From a virus (lineage: Duplodnaviria; Caudoviricetes), in IMG/VR virus record IMGVR_UViG_3300030380_004241, positions 1 through 51,886 of that record: a stretch of DNA of 51,886 nucleotides, one strand, 5' to 3'. Of the stretch, positions 1 through 8,835 are shown piece by piece. Made by a program: the position numbers and the translations under genes. Position 1 is the first letter of the stretch. Each line of letters opens with the position of its first letter. Under the pieces are notes generated by a model, which was not told where the DNA came from, did no database searches, and worked only from the letters and a program-made list of their open reading frames with translations.

Positions 1-101
1 GGGAAGTCTGGTGTAACTCGCACGAACATAGTGAATAACTACGACGACATTTTTGTTAAAAATAAAGCAATCACAGGGATGTTATTTGGTCCTGATGAGA
101 T
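1..101. repeat. Terminal direct repeat (circular overlap), copy 1
   Basis: 1-101 equals 51786-51886 except position 3 (GGG vs GGC, synonymous Gly). 4-101 is an exact 98-bp match. Indicates a circular or complete contig of 51,785 bp. Confidence 0.97.
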
Positions 102-489
102 TGCAAGAATTTCACAGTTTCGTGATAATGTGATGCCCACACTTTGGGCTGAGATAAAGCTGAACCCATCAAATTCAGGTTACACTGTTTTGTCAGGTTT
201 GGCTCGCAATGGCTTGCTTAATTATGCAAGGCTTGTCCCGATTGTTGGTCGGGATTCTGTTGATGTTATTGAGGGGATGCGTGCTACGGGAGCTGCAAGG
301 GATGCAACCAGACAATATCTGAGTAGAGTCAATATGCCTTTATTCACGTCTGGCTTTTCAGCATCAGTCAGACCGACTGTTGTTGAAGAAGTTGGTGAAG
401 AGACAACGTCTCCTTCGCTTCAATCCATCGTAGATTCCGCACCTGCTTCCGTTGTTGAAAAACTGAATCAGGCTGCGAACATACCCTAG
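1..489 (+). CDS. C-terminal part of the large internal virion/ejection protein that begins at 50019 and crosses the circular join
   Basis: GTG at 31 corresponds to 51816, in frame with ATG 50019. The joined ORF is about 751 aa. The 31..489 track ORF is not an independent gene. Confidence 0.9.
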   Translation, partial: GKSGVTRTNIVNNYDDIFVKNKAITGMLFGPDEIARISQFRDNVMPTLWAEIKLNPSNSGYTVLSGLARNGLLNYARLVPIVGRDSVDVIEGMRATGAARDATRQYLSRVNMPLFTSGFSASVRPTVVEEVGEETTSPSLQSIVDSAPASVVEKLNQAANIP

Positions 490-498
490 AGGTAGCAC

Positions 499-942
499 AT
501 GTTAGCAGAACTCGCAGCAGCCAATGCCGCATTCTCAGTAATCAAAACAGCCTTAGTAAATGGAAGAGAACTCACTGCCGTCGGGAAGCAGATCGGCGAT
601 TTTGTTACTGCCAAGGAAGAACTTCAACGCAAAGGCAACAAAAAGAGAAGCAAAGGTGTAGGTGGCTCTGATCTTGAAGAGTTTATGGCTCTTGAAAAAA
701 TCAGAGAACAAGAAGAACAGTTGAAGCAGATAATGATTTACGCAGGTCGTCCTGGACTTTGGAACGACTGGCAAAAGTTTCAAGCTGAAGCCAGGAAGTC
801 TCGCAGGGTTCAAGAAGAACTTGCTCGCAGACGAAGAGCTGAGTTTATGGAAAATCTCGGATATGGTCTTGCTGCCCTGATAATAATTATTGCTGTTTGT
901 GGGATGTTTTACTTTGTTTGGTTATTGAAGCAGAAGTCATGA
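499..942 (+). CDS. Hypothetical coiled-coil protein with C-terminal transmembrane anchor
   Basis: GAGG RBS; helical charged body; C-terminal hydrophobic stretch LAALIIIIAVCGMFYFVWLL. Last gene of the rightward arm. Confidence 0.8.
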   Translation: MLAELAAANAAFSVIKTALVNGRELTAVGKQIGDFVTAKEELQRKGNKKRSKGVGGSDLEEFMALEKIREQEEQLKQIMIYAGRPGLWNDWQKFQAEARKSRRVQEELARRRRAEFMENLGYGLAALIIIIAVCGMFYFVWLLKQKS

Positions 943-1339
943 CGTCTTGAAGATCGTCCCAATCAGCCTTGTTCATGTTGCCCATCTTTTTGTAGCTCAG
1001 CATTTCAAAAAAGTCTTTTCTTGATGGTCTGTCAAAAAGTCTTTTGGCATCTCGTCCATGAATCAAACCAATGAAGTCTCTCCCGACTCTTATCAACACC
1101 CAGCATTGACCTTTGTGCTCGTTGTACTCCTTTAGCCAGAGAGATTGATTTAATTTTAAACCTGTTGACATGCGTGTCTTTGGCCATGACTTCATATATT
1201 TGAGCTCAACCCAACCCGACTCACCATCCCGTATATAGTGAACATCGGGCATGCCTTTCATGACCCTGTTCTCAACTCTGTACATTTTAAGATTTCTCAT
1301 TGAGGTGCGCAACAACACCCAAAAGTTTTTCTCGCTCAT
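887..1339 (-). CDS. PD-(D/E)XK nuclease, Holliday-junction resolvase / VRR-NUC-like
   Basis: MSEKNFW...RVEN...GMPDV...WVELK motif set; abuts the SNF2 helicase gene. Confidence 0.8.
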   Translation of the reverse strand: MSEKNFWVLLRTSMRNLKMYRVENRVMKGMPDVHYIRDGESGWVELKYMKSWPKTRMSTGLKLNQSLWLKEYNEHKGQCWVLIRVGRDFIGLIHGRDAKRLFDRPSRKDFFEMLSYKKMGNMNKADWDDLQDVMTSASITKQSKTSHKQQ

Positions 1340-3031
1340 TTAATCCTCTTCTGTTAAAAATAATGATATGGGATCTTTGGTCACGACATCAGCTAGGCTC
1401 TTTTTGTTTTGAAGAGCTTTGATGATCTTTGTGTCTATTGTTTTGGGTGCCTCAATGTCAATATAGGTGATATTGTTCTTTGTACCGATGCGGTGGCACC
1501 TGTCCTCAGATTGAAGCCTTGTTTCTAGGTCAAAGCTGTTTGAGTAGTAGATCGCACAGTCTGCCGCAGTCAACGTCAAGCCTATCCCACCCGACTGAGG
1601 TTGACCGATAAAGTAGCGAATCTTCGGGTCATTCTGAAAACGCTCTACGGCGATCGCTCGCTGGTCGTTTGATACTTCGCCGTGGTAAGCCACTGCCAGC
1701 TCCCCAAGAGCACGCTCTATGGCTCTTAAATCGGCTTTAAATCGTGCCCAGATGATAACCTTGCTATCAATGTCGCTTAGGACGTCCAAAAGAGCCTGCA
1801 AACGTACATTCTTGTCGTCAATCTGCTTGACTTCGTCCTCAGTTGGGAACCAACCGCAAACAATCTGTTGAAGCCTCAAAAGCCTAGTGATTGTCTCTGG
1901 CGCATCAAGCTTCTCTCCCTCAAGCTCTGCTATGAAGTCTTTGCGGAGTTGATTGTACAGTTTGCGTTGCTTTGGGGACAGGTCAACAGGATGACGCTGA
2001 TATATTTTCTCAGGCAAGTCTAGACAGTCTTTTTTCAAAACTCTAAAAGAATGACCCTCAATGTTCTGTGTCAGCTCATCAATGTTTTGATATGAGACGA
2101 TCTGCTTGTTCTCAAAACCACCCATGACACAATACCTAGCTCTGAATGAATAGAAGCTGTCATAGCCAAGGATGTGAGGGTCAAGGAACTTGAACTGGCT
2201 GTAAACGTCTTCTGGTCCTTTTGTCACTGGGGTGCCTGTCATTATGCGACGATACTTAGCCATGTTTGAAAAACGAGTTATGATCTTTGTTCGTTTGGCT
2301 CCTGGACGTTTGATGCGGGAACTTTCGTCAACAACCAGCATTACATCATTACTCAGCAAAACTCTTTTCATCAGAGCCACAGCCTTGTCGCTCACAAAAG
2401 CCTCAACATTGAAGCTGAACACCTTTAGCTTTTCCGTTTCAGCCAATACCTCATCAAAAGCCTCAAGCTCTTTTTTGCGCATGCCAGAATGATAGTAAAC
2501 TGTTCTGCTCGGGCACCACTCAGGCATATGATCAGGAATCTCTTTACTCAGCCAGTTGCGGTGAACACCATTAGGAGCAATCACGACTAGGGCTGTGATC
2601 TTGCCTTGACCATACAAATATGCGGCATTGTCAATGACGACTTTTGTTTTGCCTGTGCCTTGCTCCATGAGCAGAGCAAAAGACTCTTTGTCTCGGGAAA
2701 GATAAAAGGCTTTACGTTGGTGATCAAAAGGACGTGTCTTAAATATGAAGTCGCCGAGATCCTCAACAGGCTTGTCTTTTTGTTCTCGGTTGACTTCAGC
2801 TTCACGCAATGTCTCAATGTATTCTTCAAGGATCGGTGCAGCATCAGCAGACCAATGTGCGTCTGGCCAAAACTTGCTGATGTGTGCAATGTTGGCACCA
2901 GTCGGTGCAAAAAGCAAATCCCTCCCAACCCACTTTTTGAATCCTGGGAGGGAGGAAAGTTTTTGTATTGAGTTTCCGTCTAGCTTAACTCTTGCTACAC
3001 AATATTTGCCTTTGGCTTTTTGTATTATCAT
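1340..3031 (-). CDS. SNF2-family (SF2) helicase/ATPase
   Basis: Walker A EQGTGKT, motif II VDESSRIK, motif III MTGTP, motif V GGIGLTL, motif VI QSEDRCHRIG. Confidence 0.93.
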   Translation of the reverse strand: MIIQKAKGKYCVARVKLDGNSIQKLSSLPGFKKWVGRDLLFAPTGANIAHISKFWPDAHWSADAAPILEEYIETLREAEVNREQKDKPVEDLGDFIFKTRPFDHQRKAFYLSRDKESFALLMEQGTGKTKVVIDNAAYLYGQGKITALVVIAPNGVHRNWLSKEIPDHMPEWCPSRTVYYHSGMRKKELEAFDEVLAETEKLKVFSFNVEAFVSDKAVALMKRVLLSNDVMLVVDESSRIKRPGAKRTKIITRFSNMAKYRRIMTGTPVTKGPEDVYSQFKFLDPHILGYDSFYSFRARYCVMGGFENKQIVSYQNIDELTQNIEGHSFRVLKKDCLDLPEKIYQRHPVDLSPKQRKLYNQLRKDFIAELEGEKLDAPETITRLLRLQQIVCGWFPTEDEVKQIDDKNVRLQALLDVLSDIDSKVIIWARFKADLRAIERALGELAVAYHGEVSNDQRAIAVERFQNDPKIRYFIGQPQSGGIGLTLTAADCAIYYSNSFDLETRLQSEDRCHRIGTKNNITYIDIEAPKTIDTKIIKALQNKKSLADVVTKDPISLFLTEED

Positions 3032-3255
3032 CCCCAGTCTTTCTTGTGACCCATCTCTTCATTTTCATCATACCCAGCATTGTAGGCTTCAACTTCTTCA
3101 GGAGTCAGGTCATTGATCTCCTCAAAAAACTGGCGACCTGTCACCTCTTCAGTTGAGGCGATGATCTTGTGAGGACTCCGAGGGCGATGATAGTAAGAGT
3201 CAGCTCCCCCTCTGTCAAAAGGAGAGCCATGACCTTTGTCGTAATCCTTGCTCAT
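3028..3255 (-). CDS. Small conserved-type phage hypothetical protein
   Basis: ATGA overlaps with both neighbours; HGSPFDRGGADSYY...AYNAGYDENE pattern typical of marine phage early genes. Confidence 0.75.
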   Translation of the reverse strand: MSKDYDKGHGSPFDRGGADSYYHRPRSPHKIIASTEEVTGRQFFEEINDLTPEEVEAYNAGYDENEEMGHKKDWG

Positions 3256-4022
3256 GCTACCATCTCCGCAACTTCAACCTTGGGACGATTCACCACAGTC
3301 TGCTTTTGACCGTTGTACTCGTCGTGCTTCTTGACGGTGAACTTTGCCTTCAGAGAAAAGGTCTGCTTGTCACCTGTGTAAGCCTCACGAGGATGGATGC
3401 CTGTGCCGATGAACTTGTAGGCATTGCCGTCTGCACCGTCAATCAGGTACATGTAGCTCGTGCCATATGCGTTATCAAAAACGCTGACCAGACGAGCAAC
3501 ACCCTCAACAACGATACGCTCGCCAACCTCACCAACATGAGTTGAGGCTGCACGCTTCTCGCCAAGAATCTTGGCTTTTGCGGCACGCTCCTCTGCCCAA
3601 GTCTGAGCCAGCTCCTGAGCACGACCATCGTCAGCACGAACCCAGTCGCGAACAGTCTTCTCACCATTCGGAGCAGAGCCATCGCTGAAGTGCTTGCAGC
3701 GACCGATGAACATAGCCACAACACCAGCATCGTCCATCAGGAAGATCCAAGCCTTGCGACGAGCATGACGACCCCAGTTGTTGACATAGTTGACATCGCC
3801 AGCACCGACAGTGCCTTCACAAATCAGAGCATACTGACCCTCAGCAACCTCAACAGAGTTGTCCCAGCAAGTCACTGGACCAATGTGGCTTGAACCCTCG
3901 CGAACACGCTTAGCAAAAAATGCAGCCTGACCAGCTGACTTGAAGAAGCCATCATTCTTGATGATGCCCTTGAGGCTGACAAACAACTCGCGATTCTCTT
4001 CACTGTCCCACTTGAAATTCAT
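3252..4022 (-). CDS. Early hypothetical protein with C-terminal OB-fold-like domain
   Basis: First gene after the promoter at 4058-4137; AGAAAGGA RBS; C-terminal HVGEVGER...FTVKKHDEYNGQKQTVVNRPK beta-rich module. Confidence 0.8.
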   Translation of the reverse strand: MNFKWDSEENRELFVSLKGIIKNDGFFKSAGQAAFFAKRVREGSSHIGPVTCWDNSVEVAEGQYALICEGTVGAGDVNYVNNWGRHARRKAWIFLMDDAGVVAMFIGRCKHFSDGSAPNGEKTVRDWVRADDGRAQELAQTWAEERAAKAKILGEKRAASTHVGEVGERIVVEGVARLVSVFDNAYGTSYMYLIDGADGNAYKFIGTGIHPREAYTGDKQTFSLKAKFTVKKHDEYNGQKQTVVNRPKVEVAEMVA

Positions 4023-4057
4023 GATATTTTCCTTTCTCAGTAACTCTCTACTTTGTT

Positions 4058-4137
4058 AGTATCGGCTTTTTTGGCACAAAAGGCAACAAAAAAATTGAAA
4101 GAAAGTGATATTTGTTTCCTTTGTTTTCAAGGACTTA
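4058..4137 (-). promoter_or_regulatory. Composite early promoter copy 1 (IHF-like site, operator box, sigma70 core)
   Basis: -35 TTGCCT (4081-4086), 17-bp spacer, -10 GATACT (4058-4063); degenerate AAGAAAGTGAT box from 4099; TTTCAAGGACTTA at 4125-4137. Confidence 0.8.
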
Positions 4138-4182
4138 TGTTTTTCTTCCTCAACGAGTGGTTGCATTGGGCAATGCAGTGTG

Positions 4183-4602
4183 TTAGTCCCAAGCATAAAA
4201 TATGTGGTCGTTGATGCGGACTGTCATGTGTTTTGATTGAGCCCAAGAGGGATTGACATAGTAGGCATGATAGTGGGTGGCACCTTCTGTTGGGTCATAT
4301 GTCCTGCCTGTTATTGCACCAAACGATATCATCTTTGCCATTGTGTAGGCGTCTCGGTCTGTAGGCTTGTCAGACTTCCCATCGCAGTAAAAGCTGAATT
4401 GACATTTGTGGCGGATTGGGTAGTTGGTTTTCCATTTGTAGGTTGGTCCCTGCTTCACGACTTGACAAATTGTGTTTGGGTAGCGGTGATCTTCAACCCT
4501 GTTCAATATAACATGAGCCACAGCTGACTGACCGACAAGAGGCTCACCCCTCGCCTCAAAGTAAACTGCCATCGCCATGCATGTGAGTGCTGCTTCAATC
4601 AT
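4183..4602 (-). CDS. Cell wall hydrolase, SleB/Hydrolase_2 family
   Basis: CMAMAVYFEARGE...AVAHVILNRV...YPNTICQVVKQ...CQFSFYCDGK...GATHYHA...HIFY. Confidence 0.93.
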   Translation of the reverse strand: MIEAALTCMAMAVYFEARGEPLVGQSAVAHVILNRVEDHRYPNTICQVVKQGPTYKWKTNYPIRHKCQFSFYCDGKSDKPTDRDAYTMAKMISFGAITGRTYDPTEGATHYHAYYVNPSWAQSKHMTVRINDHIFYAWD

Positions 4603-4615
4603 ATTTTTACCTTTC

Positions 4616-4720
4616 TCAGTTGGTGGGGTGCTTTTTCTTCAACATATGCCGTCGCACCCCTAAACAGCATATGCCTACACCTATGTCACTGCATGTCTTA
4701 CAACGCATATCGCTTCGCAT
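4616..4720 (-). CDS. Putative 34-aa Cys-rich micro-ORF (MRSDMRCKTCSDIGVGICCLGVRRHMLKKKHPTN)
   Basis: GGAG upstream; its TGA lies within the CTGAGAAAGG RBS of the next gene; not in the ORF track. Confidence 0.4.
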   Translation of the reverse strand: MRSDMRCKTCSDIGVGICCLGVRRHMLKKKHPTN

Positions 4721-4763
4721 AGGCACTCCACGAATCAGAATCTGGCGAGCAGTTTTGCCACAT
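4698..4763 (-). CDS. Putative 21-aa micro-ORF (MWQNCSPDSDSWSAYAKRYAL)
   Basis: GAAAGGGA purine tract upstream; fills the gap after the 4789-5304 gene. Confidence 0.3.
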   Translation of the reverse strand: MWQNCSPDSDSWSAYAKRYAL

Positions 4764-4788
4764 GCTCAGGTGGGTTCCCTTTCAGTGG

Positions 4789-5304
4789 TTAGTTGCTGGC
4801 TGCAGCCAGTGGTTCAATCAGCCAAGTGTCTTCGCTCTTGGGATCGAACTTCGGGTTCTCAACCACAAAGTAGTTGTGGACGAGCTTGTTCTTGTGCTTG
4901 GTCGCTTCCATCGCGATCCATGCGTCAGGGTTCTGGTTGTCAATGGTCGTGAAGTCACGAGTGTCAACAACGATGAAATGCTTGGTGATCTGAATCACAT
5001 ACACCTTGCCAGGAAGAAGAAGCTTGAGGAAGTTCTCGAGCTTCATCTTTGACTTGTTTCCAGCACCGACGCTTGAGATCGGGTACCACTTGCCTTTAAC
5101 GCCAAACTTTGCGCAAGACTTCTGCAGGTCAGAGTTGCTTATGCCTTTGGCATGACGCTTGCCACGAACACGCTTGGCAACCTGATAGGCTGGCTCATAT
5201 CCAGTTCCGCAAACAGTGGCAATGGCGTATGGACCACACCAAGTTTTGCGTTGGTTACCGATCCAATCAGTAACAGGGCGACGGGTTGGAGTATGTTTTT
5301 CCAT
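4789..5304 (-). CDS. Early protein with papain-like / C39-like Cys-His motif pair
   Basis: QRKTWCGPYAIATVCG (candidate catalytic Cys at a helix start) and ITKHFIVVD; first gene after the promoter at 5341-5420. Confidence 0.65.
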   Translation of the reverse strand: MEKHTPTRRPVTDWIGNQRKTWCGPYAIATVCGTGYEPAYQVAKRVRGKRHAKGISNSDLQKSCAKFGVKGKWYPISSVGAGNKSKMKLENFLKLLLPGKVYVIQITKHFIVVDTRDFTTIDNQNPDAWIAMEATKHKNKLVHNYFVVENPKFDPKSEDTWLIEPLAAASN

Positions 5305-5340
5305 GATGATTTCCTTTCTCAGTAATTCCTAACTCTTGTT

Positions 5341-5420
5341 AGTATCGCCTTTTCTGGGATAAAAGGCAACAAAAAAATAACAAGAAAGTGATTTTTCTTT
5401 TCAGCGAAAACAAAGACTTA
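5341..5420 (-). promoter_or_regulatory. Composite early promoter copy 2
   Basis: -35 TTGCCT (5364-5369), 17 bp, -10 GATACT (5341-5346); box AAGAAAGTGATTTTTCTTTTCAG (5382-5404); AAACAAAGACTTA (5408-5420) overlapping the dnaE stop codon. Confidence 0.82.
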
Positions 5421-8231
5421 TGTCAACTTACGAACTTTCTCTACATATATTTTTCTGAATCCTTGTCTGATCTGACCTTTTACCAAGTACCAATCACCAA
5501 GCCTTCCGTCCTCAACGATTGGCTTACCCATGCGTGAATATTTGAAGCGATCAATGGTTGCAATGATTGGGCCAGTGTCATCCTCAAAAGTTAAGTTGAG
5601 CCACAGATTATTCTTATCAACCCTGCGACCACCACGCTTGGCAAGGTTGACAGTCTCGTTCATGTCTCTCAAGTTTTTCTCTTTGAGCTTGCCGAAAAAC
5701 ACAAATGTTCCTGGAGTGTCAGCATCAAGCTCTTGAATGTCAGTTATGGCAGAAACTATGTTGTGCGAGGCAGGATCAGCCTTGATATGCCCGAACCTCC
5801 TCTCACACTCAAAAATATCGTCGTAGGGTGTTGTACCGTTGTCCAGGAGCGACTCTTGCCGAGGAGTCAGAGGTTGTGCCATCTCACGTCTGTTAACGAT
5901 GTCCTCAGCCATTTTTGGACCGATACCTTTGATGCCCATCAATCCACCTATCAGAGCACCATCCTGCACAGACCAGTTCTGGGTTGACTTGAATTTGTCA
6001 AATGGCTTGTAGCTGAGACCTTCCTTGACGACCTCACGCAAAAGCCTGACTGCTTGTTCGTCATCTTTGACGTTGCGCAAACATGCTGCGGCAAACTCCA
6101 GGGGGAACTTGCTCTTGAGTACGCAACACCAGTAGCTGACCATGCCATATGCGATGGCGTGTGATCTGTTGAATGCCCATGAGCCCATTGTGTTGATGTT
6201 GTCCCAGATGCGTTGGGCTTGATCTTCTTCAATATCATTCTCAGCTGCACCAACTTTGAACCTTTCCCAAAAGGTATCAAAATATTCTTTTCCGTATGAC
6301 TTGGACATTGCTTTGCGGAGGGTTGATACATCTTCCCATGAGAGCTTACCCACATCTCTGGCTATTGTCATGACTTGTTCCTGATACACAACAACACCAT
6401 TGGTGACCTTTGTGATTGTCTCAGTCATTGGGTGAAGATACTCAACAGGCGATGAGCCGACATGCCTTTTGATAAACTGAGTTGTGCCACCTGAGTTGAG
6501 TGGTCCAGGACGAGCCAAAGCAGTAATCGCTGCAATGTCTTCAAACTTGTGCACTTTCATCTGCCTTGTCACTGACTGAAGAGCATAGCCTTCAAACTGA
6601 AAAATACCTGCGTACTTTTCATCATTCAAAACTTTGAATGCCTCCTCATCCTCAAGAGGATAGTTGATCAGCTGATCACGAGTCCAACCGACTTGATCAA
6701 GCACATCTTGCAAAACTGAAAGAGTCCTCAGCCCCAAGGCATCAATCTTCAGCAGATTAAGATCCTCAGCATCCTTTTTGTCAATCTGGGTTGCACCTGT
6801 CTGACCTGATACAGAACAATACTGACTAACAGGCTTTTCAGTGACAATGATCCCTGCGGCATGAACACCATTGTGACGTGCATGGTTCTCCATGTCTGCG
6901 GCAACTTTGATCTGTGGGTACTTTTCCAAGACCTGCCGACCAATGTCAAGTTCGTTGAATGTATCAAGTATGCAAAATGCAGCACGAGAGTCGCCAGAGC
7001 TTCTTTCAATGATTGCACCTTTGAGATCATTTACCTCCCAAGCAGGTATGCCTAGCTCTTTGGCAACTTCTGCGATTGTGCTTTTGGCTTTGTAGCGTGA
7101 CACAGTTCCGAGGTGAGCAACCTTTTCCGCTCCATACTTTTGCCTCAGATACTCAAACACCATCTCTCTGCGGTCGTCTTGAAAGTCAATATCAATGTCG
7201 GGTAAGTCCTCACGAGTGATGTCAATGAATCGTTCAAACAACAAGTCATGCTCAATCGGGTCAATGTCAGTGATGCCAGTGAGGTAGCAAACCAATGAGC
7301 CAGACGATGAGCCTCGTGCTGGCCCAACGAGCATGTGTTGCTTGGCGTAGTTGATCATGTCAGCGATAACATAAAAGTAGTCCTCAAACTCTTTGTCAGC
7401 GATGAGGTTCAACTCTCGGTCAAGACGAGCTTTGTAAACTGGGTCGCTGAGATCAATGTTGCGAGGTGGTGCACCTTCCTCACACATTTGGCGTAAAGTC
7501 TTTTCAGCAACAAATGAAACCATCTGCGCAGTTGGCAACTCTGCGTTGCACATCTCGGCAATCTTGTAGGTGTTCTCAATGGCTGACTCTGGTGCCCATG
7601 GCACTGCGTCTCGCCACTCCCATTCATTCATTATGTGCATGGGTGCTGTGCGGTCTGTTCGGTTGCGACCAACCAGAACTTCATATGCCTTGCGGTCTTG
7701 CACTGTTGGGTAAAAGTTGTCTGAGGTTGCTACGACTTGAAAGCCTTTTTTCTCTGCAAAGTCCAAAGCCTTGCGAGTGCTCATTGGATTCAACTCAATA
7801 TAAAGAGTTTCTTTTTTGGCCAAAGGGAGCAGTCCCCAATCTGGGTTGGTTCCGCTCAAAATGATGACATTGTCGCTGATGTCAAACAAGTCCTCATAGC
7901 TCAGGCGAGGGTGATAATAAAAATGATCTTTGTCGGTGCTCTTTGTCACCAACTGATATATCTCTGTCAAGCCATCATTGTTCTTGGCAATGAAAGCCAT
8001 ATCGTTTGCGGGTTGCTTTGTCCGCTCAGTTGCATCTTCAACTATCGGTATCTCAACCCCAAGCAAAGGCTTCTTGTCAGCCTTTTTGCAGGCATGCTCA
8101 AAATTCACATGACCCCAAGTGCCAGAGTCGCATATACCGATAGCCGAACCACCGACAGAGTCAATGACTTTCTGCAGTGGTCCGTATGCTTTGCGGAAGC
8201 AGTATTCTGTTCTGGTGCGTATGTTCAACAT
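5418..8231 (-). CDS. dnaE: Family C DNA polymerase (Pol III alpha-like), 937 aa
   Basis: PHP-like N-terminus, GPARGSSSGSL, LLFERF, catalytic PDIDIDF and KIDALGL, GIFQFE, VYQEQVM, AFNRSHAIAY, HhH GIKGIG, C-terminal OB. Start moved to ATG 8231 (TAATG coupling). Confidence 0.97.
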   Translation of the reverse strand: MLNIRTRTEYCFRKAYGPLQKVIDSVGGSAIGICDSGTWGHVNFEHACKKADKKPLLGVEIPIVEDATERTKQPANDMAFIAKNNDGLTEIYQLVTKSTDKDHFYYHPRLSYEDLFDISDNVIILSGTNPDWGLLPLAKKETLYIELNPMSTRKALDFAEKKGFQVVATSDNFYPTVQDRKAYEVLVGRNRTDRTAPMHIMNEWEWRDAVPWAPESAIENTYKIAEMCNAELPTAQMVSFVAEKTLRQMCEEGAPPRNIDLSDPVYKARLDRELNLIADKEFEDYFYVIADMINYAKQHMLVGPARGSSSGSLVCYLTGITDIDPIEHDLLFERFIDITREDLPDIDIDFQDDRREMVFEYLRQKYGAEKVAHLGTVSRYKAKSTIAEVAKELGIPAWEVNDLKGAIIERSSGDSRAAFCILDTFNELDIGRQVLEKYPQIKVAADMENHARHNGVHAAGIIVTEKPVSQYCSVSGQTGATQIDKKDAEDLNLLKIDALGLRTLSVLQDVLDQVGWTRDQLINYPLEDEEAFKVLNDEKYAGIFQFEGYALQSVTRQMKVHKFEDIAAITALARPGPLNSGGTTQFIKRHVGSSPVEYLHPMTETITKVTNGVVVYQEQVMTIARDVGKLSWEDVSTLRKAMSKSYGKEYFDTFWERFKVGAAENDIEEDQAQRIWDNINTMGSWAFNRSHAIAYGMVSYWCCVLKSKFPLEFAAACLRNVKDDEQAVRLLREVVKEGLSYKPFDKFKSTQNWSVQDGALIGGLMGIKGIGPKMAEDIVNRREMAQPLTPRQESLLDNGTTPYDDIFECERRFGHIKADPASHNIVSAITDIQELDADTPGTFVFFGKLKEKNLRDMNETVNLAKRGGRRVDKNNLWLNLTFEDDTGPIIATIDRFKYSRMGKPIVEDGRLGDWYLVKGQIRQGFRKIYVEKVRKLT

Positions 8232-8302
8232 TATTGAAGTGCTGCTTTGATCAGAATGAAAACCAATGCCCCGACGATTGAGCCTATTGTTGCTGGATCC
8301 AT
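8231..8302 (-). CDS. 23-aa hydrophobic micro-protein MDPATIGSIVGALVFILIKAALQ
   Basis: AAGGAGG RBS; TAATG overlap with the dnaQ stop at its start and with the dnaE ATG at its stop; fills the gap exactly. Confidence 0.75.
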   Translation of the reverse strand: MDPATIGSIVGALVFILIKAALQ

Positions 8303-8835
8303 TAGATGTGTCCCTCCTTTTTGTACCATTCAATTATGCGCACAGTTGCTTCAACGTCATTGATTGACCTGTGCGCTCCGTCAATCTTAGTTCCAAAAAG
8401 CTCCTCATGTATATCCCCGAGCTTTTTCTTTTTGCCCCAAACAGACTCACCAACCTCAACTGTGCAGATGTGATCATATGGCCATGGGAACTTTGTCAGC
8501 TTGTCAAGTCGTTCCAATTCAAACTTTAATATCTTGCGATCAAAAGGCAAGTTATGAGCGACGATTGTTTTCTCACCCAAAAAGAAATCACAAAGCCTGT
8601 AGTAACTAGCTATGAATGGCTTTTCATCTTTCAACATCTCGTCTGTGATGTTTGTGATCTTGATAATCTGCGGATCAAGCTGGTGCCCAGGATTGCAGAA
8701 GAACTCCAACCTATCAACTTCTTTCAAATCATCGTCGAGCTTGATAGCACCAAACTCAATGATGCGAGGTTGAATGTCTAGGTCAGAACCTTCGGCTTTG
8801 GGCAAACCTGTGGTCTCTAGGTCAAACACTATCAT
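8302..8835 (-). CDS. dnaQ: DEDDh 3'-5' exonuclease (Pol III epsilon-like)
   Basis: ExoI VFDLETTG, ExoII AHNLPFD, ExoIII AHRSINDVEA. Confidence 0.93.
   Translation of the reverse strand: MIVFDLETTGLPKAEGSDLDIQPRIIEFGAIKLDDDLKEVDRLEFFCNPGHQLDPQIIKITNITDEMLKDEKPFIASYYRLCDFFLGEKTIVAHNLPFDRKILKFELERLDKLTKFPWPYDHICTVEVGESVWGKKKKLGDIHEELFGTKIDGAHRSINDVEATVRIIEWYKKEGHI

Noticed and set aside
1-101. Terminal repeat as the biological genome end (DTR)
   Set aside because: It falls inside a coding sequence and has the size of an assembler overlap. It shows circularity, not packaging termini. The single mismatch is synonymous and probably a population variant.
31-489. Stand-alone 152-aa gene
   Set aside because: It is the in-frame continuation of the gene starting at 50019.
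4162-4177. TGCATT-GGGC-AATGCA hairpin as a terminator
   Set aside because: Weak 6-bp AT-rich stem with no adjacent U-tract.
5418-8231. Intein or intron in dnaE (also considered for terL and helicases)
   Set aside because: Motifs are contiguous and lengths compact; no Hint or LAGLIDADG signatures seen.
8232-8333. 34-aa N-terminal extension of DnaE in the ORF track
   Set aside because: It overlaps dnaQ and is not PHP-like; the interval is better explained by the coupled micro-ORF.
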